The notes under the pieces were generated by a model. The model had not been told where the DNA came from, ran no database searches, and was given only the letters and a program-made list of their open reading frames with translations. This document shows, in pieces, positions 52,471-64,000 of a DNA stretch of 64,000 nucleotides (the stretch's first letter is position 1; each line of letters opens with the position of its first letter). Position numbers and translations under genes: made by a program. The DNA is from Ylistrum balloti (lineage: Eukaryota), in assembly GCF_031769215.1 (NCBI RefSeq), contig NW_026782145.1:682001-746000 (forward strand), written 5' to 3'.

Positions 52471-54216
52471 TTTCTTCTTAAAACGGAAAAGAAATTCTGT
52501 AACACAACCAACAGAACAGTGATGGTTGTGTTAAAGGAACTGTAATGGTAAACATCATACATTATAACTAAGACGCCTTCAAATAACGTTAATCCAACCC
52601 GAGCCTGAATTTTTTGCCTAACGACCGTTAAAATGATGGTAAAGACTCGAAAAAAGACCTCCATTCATCAACAGGGTAATTTACGTTAATCATTAAGCGA
52701 AAGACTTTTTAATTTGATGGGCAGATCATTAAAGGTGATATCATACATTAGAGATCGTTGGGTGTTCTAGACCCATTCTCCAATATAGTGTTAATTATCT
52801 TTCTGGTTTTAAACGGGAACACATATCGCATCGAGAAATGTATTTATAGTCTCCTAGTGTTTAAGCAGATTATGAAAAAAGTGTTCACATATAACCCTTC
52901 GTTACGAGCTGTATTGAGCTCTCGGACGATAGGATCTGATATTGGTTTGCGGTCACTGCCGAGAAAGCAAGGTGCCCCGCCCACTAATTGGCGAAATGCG
53001 GTGCTATTAGTTCGGTACAGATTTATCCCAGACTCGGGGTCACGTGGCACAAACAGATGGTTTACGTCAAACCGTCTGACTCGCTATGGATGTTATTACA
53101 CGTGTATTGCACGACAAATAGTTATACGGCACAGTTCCTGTTGGGGTAGGGTAATATATTTGTGGGTTCGACCAGCTATAACTGTCACCTCTATTTGAAA
53201 CGTCACCGAATATTTTTAATGTTGTTTGTTTTTTCTCATTGGACAACCTTTGTAACAGTTTCCAGACTACATTTGCTAACCCTTAGCGCTATAAGCACCA
53301 TAATATCACTATACCGGATCACGGTTTTGCAGTGGTTATTTATGTCCAGACCGTGTGCCTGACTAATTCGGCCAACGCCTGGTTTCCTATTTAAAATGAC
53401 ACGACAGCACAGCAGGACATCGAAACTTGTTTAGGTGCCACTCAGCATTTCATTTCATCCTTGTTTTCGTTAAGTCGATCCAGAGTGGGTGTTATTATGA
53501 TAACATTTTATGTGGTGGTATTTTTTTGTCTTCTAGTTGACACCTACGTTGACACCTACGTCAGGTTTCCACGATAAAATTATCCCAAGTGTTGAGATAT
53601 GCATTTCATCGCATGTTATTTGCGTTAGCCTACATTCTGAATTTATTTTTTGTGATAAATTTTAGTGAAAAATTCGTCTGTATTAAAACTGCTGAACAAA
53701 CATGTTATTTTCTAATATCACATTCGCCCTACCAGTGATAAGCACAGTTTCGGGGTTGTTGTGTTTTCTTTGTGTTTTCCTGTGCTTCTGGCCAGAATCC
53801 CAGTCGTAGCACTTGTCAAGATATTCTATAGTGTGTAACACTTAAGACTGAAGCTACAAATTAAAAGATCTGAGGACAAGTTTGTTTTCCGGATTGGATC
53901 CATCCAACCGACGTATTGCCAGATGGTCTTCCTTAGCATCCTGTCATTCGCAACGACATATGGCTTAATTAACGACATTTCTTCCAAAGAAAAAACATAA
54001 AGAGAAGAAAAAAATCTCTCACCGTACCTTAATAAAAAAATCTTCTATTCGATAAACTTTGAAATCCAAAAGGAAGTTGATATCCAATGACAATATAGAT
54101 ATTATTAACACCTAACTACACCACATTCACTGACAACACGCCATTTTGGACTGTCATACAGAAAATGTGTTGACAAGAACAAGACAGCAAACACAATTTT
54201 TTAAAAGTATACTCAC

Positions 54217-54602
54217 CAGACCGTTACAAACTTCCAGTGCCACTGTTGATGACGTTTCTCCAAGAACCTCCCCAGTGAAATGACAATGTTCTTCATCTGG
54301 TTCTACACCGGTGAATACGGAATCTGTCACATTTCCGAACAAATTTTTACGCTTTTCAACAATTAGGGACGGAAAGTATAATTTATAATTTGGTTTAACT
54401 TTTAAATAAATAGGTTTATTCTCTATATCCACTTTATAATGCACTGTGTGGTCAGGTGTCTTGTCCGACTGAGGGTACTCTTCGGTACTCCTCTTCCTCC
54501 GCCGTATATTAGGATGTAAGGAATGATCTATGTGGATGCCATCTGCGGTCACCCTGGATGGAACTGCAAAGTCATATCTTTCTAGTCCTTGAGCAAATTC
54601 CT
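54217..54602 (-). CDS. ADAMTS7/12: ADAMTS prodomain exon (EEFAQGLERYDFAVPSRV...RRRKRS...CHFTGEV...ALEVCNGL)
   Basis: ttcag| acceptor, |gtgagt donor; 386 nt, phase 1 to 0; reprolysin propeptide motifs and furin site RRRKR. Confidence 0.95.
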
Positions 54603-57540
54603 CTGAAACCAAACGAAAAGAACGATAAAATATCAACCAATATTATTATTTATTCGTTCATTTTATTTTATTTTTTTGTTAATTGCAGTCAAGTTATAGT
54701 GACTGTTGGCTGGTTTTGTATTTGTAAGGTTGGTCCGTTTGACCTGTGTCACCAGCTAAGCGAACAAATGTTTGAAGTAAGAAACTTTTAACACTTAGAA
54801 ACAGCATATTTTAGGTAACGCCATTTTTTTATTAACACTGCAGAATAATCATCCTTCGGTTGGTACGGACATACTGAGATTTCTTGATTTCATTTTGTTG
54901 ATTCGGTTACGAATATTACACCAGTAACATGCATACATGGTTATACAATGAACCTTCAACATGTGCCTACTGTGTATTTGGATGGAGAAAGATCAGGATA
55001 TGTACTATTTATAACGATCTTTTCTGCTCTTGTAATTAAAGCTGTATGCACTACAAAAAGTATTTTTGGACATGGAATCATCTAATGCACGTGACCTTGA
55101 TATAAGAGTATTTTTAGCCTATGCGTTTTGGACGTATCATCAACAGGCTATCCACCGAATTTCTACTTACAAGCTGACTTTACATTTATTTTTCTTAATT
55201 TCATTTTTTTCTATTTTCGACAGGTATCCATGTAAATCAGTTCACGTCACAGACCCTGTCCAGTGTGGGGTTTTCTAGTGCGTGGATGACGTTGTCAAGA
55301 TCTGAAACCATACCAACAGATGGACAACACTGGGTGTGGCCTGTAATTAAATATCTAATGAGGTTACGTCAAACCCAACAATCTAAAGTTATAGACTTAA
55401 AGACAAATACAAGCAGTGATCAAATAGTATATCGCCATACCGTCAGGGAGATAACCCCGACCCCGGTTGACGTTGAAACCTGATGGAATCGGAAACCTCA
55501 CATAACGTCTTACATACAAACGGACATTAACGGGTTCCATTTCCATTCAATCAAAACTATAAAACACGAACTTGTGTTGTTCCAGGGTAAAATGTCACCA
55601 GAATACATAGATAGGTTTATTTCCGAACCGTTTAGCTACTACTAGGGACAGATTAAATGGAGCCGAATTGTTTATTAGTGTGGTGATGGTATCGCCATCA
55701 GAAGTTTTTTTTGAGAGTTTGGTGACAGGTACACGTTAGCTAACCTGTTTACTCGTGTTAAATACCTACACTATTAGCTCGAGCCTGGCCCTTTTATAAT
55801 TTACCTGCCGTTGATAATGACAGCTTTGATACACCTGTATATTTCGAACAGACTACCATGTATAGTGTTGATCATTTAGCCATGAATAAATCTAGTAAGA
55901 CATTTCAGCAAACCGCAAAACACACATATCGCACATCATCTCATTATTACAATAGCATATATATTTTTATCTGTTTGAAGGTTTTGGTTTTTTATTAAAC
56001 CGTCCCGATGTCGAGAGGAACAATCGGGCTTACCCTGGTCTCAAATGTATGTCTCTTTGTGAATCATTCTTATGTAATTACATAGTATATTTTGGTGACC
56101 GTAAGTTTGAGCTGCTAAGTTGATAGGTCTACCAGTGAAAATAACACTCTAAAAACAAAACTAAACAAAAACTGTTCAAGGCATCGACGGTGACAAGAGT
56201 TCTGTGAACACTGTCATTTTGATTTATGTATAAATCATTGTGATACTTATCCACGCTCAATGGAAATTGTAAGATCTCAAGGTCTGTGTGACGAAACTCA
56301 CAATTTTCGCAAAGCACCCGAAGACCTTTTACCTAAATGAAGTTTTTTTTCGAAATTTCAGTCAATTTCGTAATGAGTCACTCGAAACATAGTAGCACGT
56401 GACCTAAAAGTAAAGATATCGCTTTCTTGATATATTTTACAAAGATAATACCACTTTCTGAGTAAATATTAACTTACACTTTGGTGAGCTTCAAAATTGG
56501 GTAGCTAAAATATAGTAAACATAGCTCAATGAAATGCAGTATCTTACGGAACTTTGTGGAGTAAGGAAAGCGGCGAGAGGGACGGAACACTCATTAAGGG
56601 AATAGATGGGGATGAAAGATACAGTCAGCTCCGTGTTTATCACTAACAACACCAATATATGCAGTGCGCGCAATTGCGAAAACGTCTGGGTAAATCTGCG
56701 TCACTTGTGTTTTTATTACGCGAAGGGTCGAGAACAATACTAAACACTTAACTTTGCCACCAATTGTTATTATTTCCCTTATTTATGTTTCCTTTTCCCT
56801 TTGCGTTATCAAAGACAAGATGCGGAAAGTTTCCACTTGATTACGCAGGTTTAGATCGTACGAGTTTGTCTAATTAAGTACCAACCTTCCTGAAGTTGAT
56901 TAGTACGCGAATCTTCCTGCCTTTGGTTAATGTTCTGTACGGTATGGGACAGGTAATGTCTTGCGTCATAATATATTACTAAATACATGTTGTCTTTGAT
57001 AACAACGACTCTCATTAAATCCCCATTGGCGTAATTGCCAAATAGACACTGGAGAATAGGATGGGAGGCACTTCCATCACAGTACACTCTTCAGGGCCAT
57101 AGCTTACAGCAACATCAGGATGAAAGTGAGAAATGTTTTACTTCGCAAATTTTTAATGTTTCAAATTCCAAAATGTGTATCACGCGTTTTGCGTTTATAC
57201 CCCACAACACCTGTAATTATATAATTAGTATCCTTCATTTCTACCTTTGATAACGGATATGACATGAATAAGATAGATAAATCAGCGGTCTAGAACATCG
57301 TCTGGGCGCCTGAGAAAGTGTACCATCCCCTGTCTCTCGTTAGCAGACAGTAACTCGACTCATGCTATTGCCCAGCTTTACCGGAATCAGAGTCCGGAAC
57401 AATACACCATTTAGTTATTACAGAGACGGACTCCAATTCAATTAAAAAAAAAACAACGTAACAGTCGATGAAACAAATTTTGTAGTACAATTGTAACATC
57501 CGATATATGATGAGACGGTCTCAGGTGAGAAAAAACTCAC

Positions 57541-57613
57541 CTGGACAGACGCCGAATGTGCTACAGAACACACGTCCCGTTACAAATAAAACTCGGGACC
57601 TATAACCTACCAT
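57541..57613 (-). CDS. ADAMTS7/12: Tentative first coding exon of the ADAMTS7/12-like gene (MVGYRSRVLFVTGRVFCSTFGVCP+G)
   Basis: ATG-initiated 73-nt segment ending at a strong donor CAG|gtgagt in phase 1, the phase required by exon 54217-54602. It was the best candidate I found upstream, but it is only a weak signal peptide. Confidence 0.45.
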
Positions 57614-58522
57614 CGAGGTGGTCCTTTTTTCCAGTTAATATAATTTCATATATCTGCTCTCTATGAATGACACATCAGGGAAATGGAAGGTTATCGGGTA
57701 TTTTGTTACTCGGTGTAGTCGGAGCAATTTTACGGGTTAAGAAATGAGATTTGAAGTGTCTCTGATCGAGTTAGCCTCAAGGAAAAATGTGTACAAAACC
57801 AAACTTCCCTCCTAAAGGCAGGCACTTTCCGTTTTATTAAAGGTCCTCAGGTAGTAGATCTTTTATCTTTTTAGTTTGTTTTTCACATATTACTTAAACG
57901 GTCTTTGTCCTTACTTTCTACCACGAGCGTTTGAAACGAGAGAAGGCGATTTGTAGATACATATGAATAGTCACACTCCACAAGATTGCGGTAGGTACAT
58001 TATTTAAAAAGGGTCATCATGCTCGCCTAGCAGTATGCTAAATATGTAATTACTCTACATCAAAGACGTTTATGATAGAGAAGTCAAACGATCGAAGTTT
58101 AAGGTCGGCATTTTTTATTATAAAGAAATTCCAATCATATCAGACATATAATTAGGAAACTGATAGAGGTCACGTGGGTCATCTTGGACGCCGTAGTTAT
58201 AGCGGGACAGGGGACAGCATTAGCATGCGTGACAATCACAATGATGGTGTCAATAAAGAGGAAAGACGAGAACTAACAATGACTATTTAAAGAATTATTG
58301 AGGTGTATGGTTGATCCACATATGACGTGATTAACGGTAGTATACACTAGAAATATGACCAGTTTTGTCTGCTAATGGCGAGATATCTGTTTTTGTAAAA
58401 CATAACGTAAACGGTATCAAAATACGTCTTAAGCAGTTATTGAATTTGTTTCAACGGGAATACTAGACAAGCATTGGACCATATTACTTCGCGACATGCA
58501 CATCTTCATTGATCAATTCAGG

Positions 58523-59040
58523 GCTTGAGAGGTGCGAGGTAGTCTAGAACGGACGAACGTGTTGTAACATTTCAAGGCTTGGTAGGTGCGAGGTAGTCTA
58601 GAATGGACGAACGTGTTGTAACGTTTCAAGGCTTGAGAGGTGCAAGGTACTTCATAACGGACGGACATGTTGTAACAGTTGAAGGTCTGACAGGTGCGAG
58701 ATATCTTGAACGGACGAACGTGTTGTAACGTTTCAAGGCTTGAGAGGTGCGAGGTACTTCATAACGGACGGACATGTTGTAACAGTTGAAGGTCTGACAT
58801 GTGCGAGGTACTCTTGAACGGACGAACGTGTTGTAACAGCTGAAGGCTCGAGTGGTGCGAGGTACTTTAAAACGGACAGACATGTTGTAACAGTTGAAGG
58901 TCTGACAGGTGGAGGTACTCTGGAACGGACGAACGTGTTATATCAGTTGAAGGCTTGAGTGGTGCGAGGTACTTTAAAACGGACGGACATGTTGTAACAG
59001 TTGAAGAATTGAGACGTGTTGGGTACTCCAGAACGGACAG
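58523..59040. repeat. About 54-bp minisatellite, 9-10 copies, two variants that partly alternate
   Basis: ggtgc(g/a)ag recurs at 58531, 58585, 58639, 58693 and 58746. Confidence 0.92.
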
Positions 59041-59369
59041 ATATGTTGTTACTGTGTAAAAATGCTGCTCGATCAGTATAATGTCGACTGAGTGTAATAC
59101 GCATTAAAGCTGATTTTCAATGGTAAAACAACATTTGCATATCGTACAGAGTGTAACATCTTGATGTTTGACGAAACCACTAAACCTTGATCCTGATTTT
59201 ATCAATGAACAAATTTTGTGTCGTTAATAAAATTCATCAATGGGACTTATAGTGTAGAACATTCTCAAGCATTTGAACCAGAGCGCGACCATCTTATACT
59301 ATTCTTTCTATGAAAACACTGATGTAATCAATCCATTAAGCCTTCCTGTAGAGGACGTTAGATCACGTA

Positions 59370-60120
59370 GGGCGGAAGTCACCAATCAGAGAGCGTAACA
59401 CCACATCAGACGGGACTTGCCCAGCAGAGGGCGTTTGATCACGTCAGGCGGGAGTCACCCACCACAAGGCATTAGACCATGTCAGACGGGAGCTTTCTAC
59501 GAGAAATCATAACACCATGTCAGACGGGACTCTTCTTCAAGAGGTCATACCAAGATAGACGGGACTTGTCCACCAGAAGGCATAATATCATGACAGACGA
59601 TACTAGCCAATCAGAGGGCATAATGCCCCGACAGACGAGGCTCGTCCACCACAGGGCATAATATCATGACAGACGAGATTGGCCATCCAGAGGGCGAAAT
59701 ACCCCCAATAGATGGGGCTCATCCAACAGAGGGCATAATTCCACGATAGGCGAGACTCATCTACAAGAGGGCATATCACATCATGACAGACGATACTAGC
59801 CAATCAGAGGGCGTAATGCCCCGACAGACGGGGCTCGTCCACCAGAGGGCATAATGCAGTGACAGACGTGACTAGCCAATCAGAAGGTGTAATACCCCGA
59901 TAGATGGGGCTCATCCAACAGAGGGCATGATTCCACGATAGACGAGACTCGTCCACAAGAGGGCATATCATATCATGACAGACGAGACTAGTCAATCAGA
60001 GGGCGTAATGCCCCGACAGACGGGGCTCGTCCACCAGAGGGCATAATGCCATGACAGACGAGACTAGCCAATCAGAAGGTGTAATACCTCGATAGATGGG
60101 ACTCGTCCAACAGAGGGCAT
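59370..60120. repeat. Higher-order repeat (about 192 bp, built from about 38-bp subunits) carrying CCAAT boxes
   Basis: caagagggcatatca at 59764 and 59956; CCAAT at 59382, 59607, 59800, 59876 and 60068. Confidence 0.85.
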
Positions 60121-63100
60121 AATAAATACCATGTTATATCATCACCTTGAACGACACCCTATCACAATGTAAACCACATCGCCTTACAGACCATCATAAT
60201 ATGCTGTTCACTGTTAGTAGCTTAAGGTGACAACCTCATATTACATATCAATAATGTAATAAGAAATTTTACTCATTTTGAATCTGTTATCAAAGTTTAA
60301 AGGTGTGTCAAAGATTACTATCAATCATTGCTATATACTTAAGTGATATGTGTTTTGTTTGCCCACTGTTGACATTGATCAGGAGAGTAAAGCGATGAAA
60401 CGCCGAGTAAATAGTTCTGAATGGCATGAGAACTTGAACGGCGCCGATCGGTAGAAGGAAACAGAACATTCAAAAGAGAGAAGCACTGACCGAACAATAA
60501 CAACGGTCTCCAATTCACAGTGAGACTCGGGTATAAGTGTTTAACGCCATCTCCCCGGGCCCCGGGAACTGATGACATACTGTTCTATTGCTACAGACAA
60601 TGACTGATGACGTCAGAAGATGGAACACCAGTGTGGTGCTTGTTGACACGTACAATGAGAAAATGTGTTGCCTGCCTACGATGAGAGGGGATTTCTCGGC
60701 TACCACTAAACTGATGTCTTTTTCACCGGAAACTTTTGTACATCACGATGTTAAAGAATTTTACTAGATCGCATAGTCTTTCCAACCTAACATCCATTAC
60801 AGTAACACAATAAAAAATACCCCAATTAAACACATTAATTGACTTAAATGACGATTCCTAGATGACGAAACATGTGTTTGATATAGTTTAAATCTTCATT
60901 AATATGTATAATTGAAAGGTGTTATTCACTTCTGTCTTATGTCTGATGCCTTGCACATCGTAAAACGATTAATTCACTGGGATAGTTTAAGTGCTATGTT
61001 TATGTCTATACCAACAGATCAATCAGTCTATCCATAACTCCGTAAATCAATGACAGATTCGACAATCCCTCTCAGTTCGTAGGGACTACTTTCAAGTGGT
61101 ATCGATAATCGTGTGTGAAATTAAACCACAAATTTACCGGGAATGCAAATTAGCATTCTATATCAATCACTAAACGAGCACGCGAGAACGAAGTGTCCAT
61201 TTATTATTACACTCGCTAATAAAATGTCGGAGGTTCTTAAAGTAGATACATAAAGAGCGACTGTTTTTTGTCAAAAAATTATCAAACAAGTATTTCAGTC
61301 ATTAGGACCGCAAGTTTCTGAATAAGTCACCGATGTTACATATCTATAATTATATTACAGTGTGATGTTAACATCGTAATTTATTTTATGAGGTAACTAA
61401 TTGCAACAAAGAAATATCACTACTTGGAATCGTTTTAAATATCATTATTGCCTCAAATTCAATCATTGTAGTATTCTGAATCGTCATTTTGTTCAAGAGA
61501 AATCATTCAATTTACATGTTTTGCTTTCTGTACTGGAACATGTATCACTACAGTCGACCACCATTGCATGGTAAGCTTGCATTAGTTGCAGACCGAAGTT
61601 TTGTTATGACAAGTTATACTAGGATTGACATACATGAGTCATACCGACGATACAAATTGTATCAGGGCCAGCTCGTTTAAGGTCTCGGGGATAACATTAC
61701 AAACGCATTGACTTCCCGTCGGTAAAGGTTGGTAAAGGGGGACATTATTACAGTGTCAAATTAGCCTGGTTTTCATGTAAATCTAATTATGCAATGCAAC
61801 AAGCTATTTAATTTGTTTTCTTTTTGTGAATGTTACACGTAGGGTCTCACGCAAAGATTTGATATTGTTTTCTCGGTATTAGACTCCGGAAAACACTATA
61901 TGCACGTGTTTTGATGACGTGAATTGCTTGCCCCACACAAACATTAAAACGTTCCGTACCTCACCGTAATGGTTTGTGATAAACTGTGTATAATTCACCG
62001 CTTTATCAATTACTTTGTTTTACGTGGGAAACAAAATTGGTTTCGGATATCATCAATACTGGGGCTTATTGTACGGATGAGAATCTTAAAGAAATACTGT
62101 GGTGCAGACTCCAGATTCAGTGTCGGGCGCTATTCAATAAGCTGGCTGTCCATGGCAGCTCTCTGACATCGTTTGCTTTTCGTGTGTAGTTCTGTCCGTT
62201 TCTCCTTTGTATCGGGTCACGCGGATTCTTAACCCCATATTGACCCGCCCTGACACTGGCGACCGTGTTACCCAGGTGACAAGGGTTTGGCCCCTCAGTG
62301 ACATCCGTTGATCCTTGTATCCTTGTTACCCGATGTAAAGGCTAACCGTTACCTGTTCCCTACTCTGTACAAAGTACCCAGACAAATCGGCCATGCACGG
62401 CGTTTCATTTACATTCTGCGCTAGTCAGTTGAACAGGGAACCAGGGTTGTTGTAATATTTGCTTATCTCCGTCGTTTCTTGTAACAGTATATGTAGTTTT
62501 GGGATGAAGCACACATATTTACAATTGCAGTACACATTAATAAAAACCACAATCGGGCACATCTCTGGATTGGAAAGCTAATGTGTACGAACGTGAGCAA
62601 TAATCAAAAGGTATCGGACAAAAAGTTCCGTCTTCCGAACTCAACTTTAGTTTTTAATGTTTTGGGACGTAACGAAACATTCCATTAATTATCAATAACA
62701 CGACCTATTATTAATTAGTGGTTGTTGATGTATCTGTGATATCGTTTACCGTGATAAACCGTAGATATACATACATATAATGTAATTACATATAAATTAT
62801 GATAACTGTTGCCATACGGTTTTGATCTTATTAATTATGTTTCGTGATCAGGGTTTACCGTCCCTCTGGCGCTACATGTAGATAGTACAGGTTGTTTATT
62901 ATCTACAATATGATTACAACTTCCTCACCAGCCACGGCAGCCGGTCTTACTAAGGTTTAGGGGATACAATACGATGTAACGGATTAATTATATTCTCCAC
63001 AGCCTTGATATTATATAGACCATCAAACATGATTTAGTTGTATACAAACGCTGGTTCTAAATTTGTCGGGTTGTACGTAAATAAACTCGTCAAAATTCTG

Positions 63101-63838
63101 ATGATGGTTAAATACAAAGTCTAAACAACGGAAACGAAATCCGGTTACCGATTCCGGTCCCAGACTAAACAACGAATCTTAGACAACCTATATATAGGTA
63201 TTAATGACAGATAAATCAACAAATCCTCAAGAAATTCATAAAAAGAAGAAGGGAGAACTTGGTGCAGAAATAGCAGTACAGACCACCAATCTATTGAAAC
63301 GTTTACTCAAATCAGTACCATATAGTGTTGGTAATAACAGCACAACGACCCGACATGTTTTAACCAAGTATCTGCGATTGTCATTATTGCACATGTTAGA
63401 CAACAGAGGAAAAGCAGCAGTAACATAACTGATCATCAAACTCATAAGGAATGAAGTAATGATAAGTATCTACACATGAGAAAACCCTTTACAAAAACTT
63501 AAACACGTGTTTTTAACGTTAACAGAGATTCAATGTGTCTTGCGGGCACGCGCTTCAAGAAAGCAAAAAACTAAAGGTGGTTACGACTGCGTCAAAGGCT
63601 ACACAGGTATACCATCCTACAAAGGCTCTGTCGAGTGAACCCATCTTGTATAATAACTCTCGATAAATAACAGATTTTTATCATTTTATGACACGCTAGC
63701 GTCAGTTCAGGTCGATACGACTGACGGGATAAATGGATGAGTCTTGTTAGGATATGCAAACAAGCATATCAAAAGTTATCGGAGCTTCCTTACATAGGTA
63801 CGAAGTGTGTTAGCTCAGCAGCGGAATGACAACAGTCT

Positions 63839-64000
63839 TTAGCTTGTCTGTCAGGGCAACAACAGGAGAGACAACACGGCCATTAGCCTGTCTGTCAGGG
63901 CAACAACAGGAGAGACAACACGATCCATAGCCTACCTGACACGGCAACAACAGGAGAGACAACAAGGCCATTAGCCTGTCTGTTAGGGCAACAACAGGAG
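63839..64000. repeat. 44-bp tandem repeat running off the window end
   Basis: ttagcctgtctgtcagggcaacaacaggagagacaacacggcca. Confidence 0.9.

Noticed and set aside
51069-52522. Many overlapping ORFs on both strands
   Set aside because: Products of the 46/48-bp array.
55224-55330. Strong plus-strand acceptor suggesting an antisense exon
   Set aside because: A single splice-like site with no convincing partner exons or ORF.
56491-56673. ORF MRALHILVLLVINTEL... as the signal-peptide exon
   Set aside because: It starts at TTG with an in-frame TGA upstream and no ATG, and its donor is phase 0, not the required phase 1.
56851-57087. MYCDGSA... resembling an RNase H DGS motif
   Set aside because: Only a short motif, with no other RNase H or reverse-transcriptase residues nearby.
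60339-60578. ORF containing LYSPDQCQQW, reminiscent of the ADAMTS YxxDxQC motif
   Set aside because: No surrounding similarity and no splice context; treated as chance.

Overview
Eukaryotic, AT-rich, intron-containing genomic DNA. The SINE and minisatellite content looks bivalve-mollusc-like, but the taxon is inferred. The window is dominated by one apparently complete minus-strand ADAMTS metalloprotease gene of the ADAMTS7/12 clade. I reconstructed 24 phase-consistent GT-AG coding exons from 54602 down to the stop at 11135, plus a tentative ATG exon at 57541-57613; the total is about 1627 aa. Domain order: prodomain with furin sites RRRKR and RKKR, catalytic HELGHNFGMTHD, disintegrin-like, TSR1, Cys-rich, spacer, 4 TSRs, mucin-like exon, 3 TSRs, PLAC. 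A few plus-strand exon-like segments at 0.8-3.7 kb may be the 3' end of an unidentified convergent gene. Introns and flanks hold about 16 unrelated minisatellite arrays and some SINE/MITE relics. Most notable observations: (i) several arrays appear to be tandem copies of the adjacent splice junction, including about 25 miniature 3' splice sites before the mucin exon and two decayed copies of the zinc-binding exon end; (ii) a perfect 42-bp palindrome with a 7-bp target-site duplication; (iii) a 4+3 rather than 3+4 TSR arrangement around the mucin domain; (iv) a sharp CpG-poor to CpG-rich switch near 41.7 kb, with a CRE cluster on the CpG-rich side. No prokaryotic systems, CRISPR arrays, rRNA or intact tRNA genes were seen.
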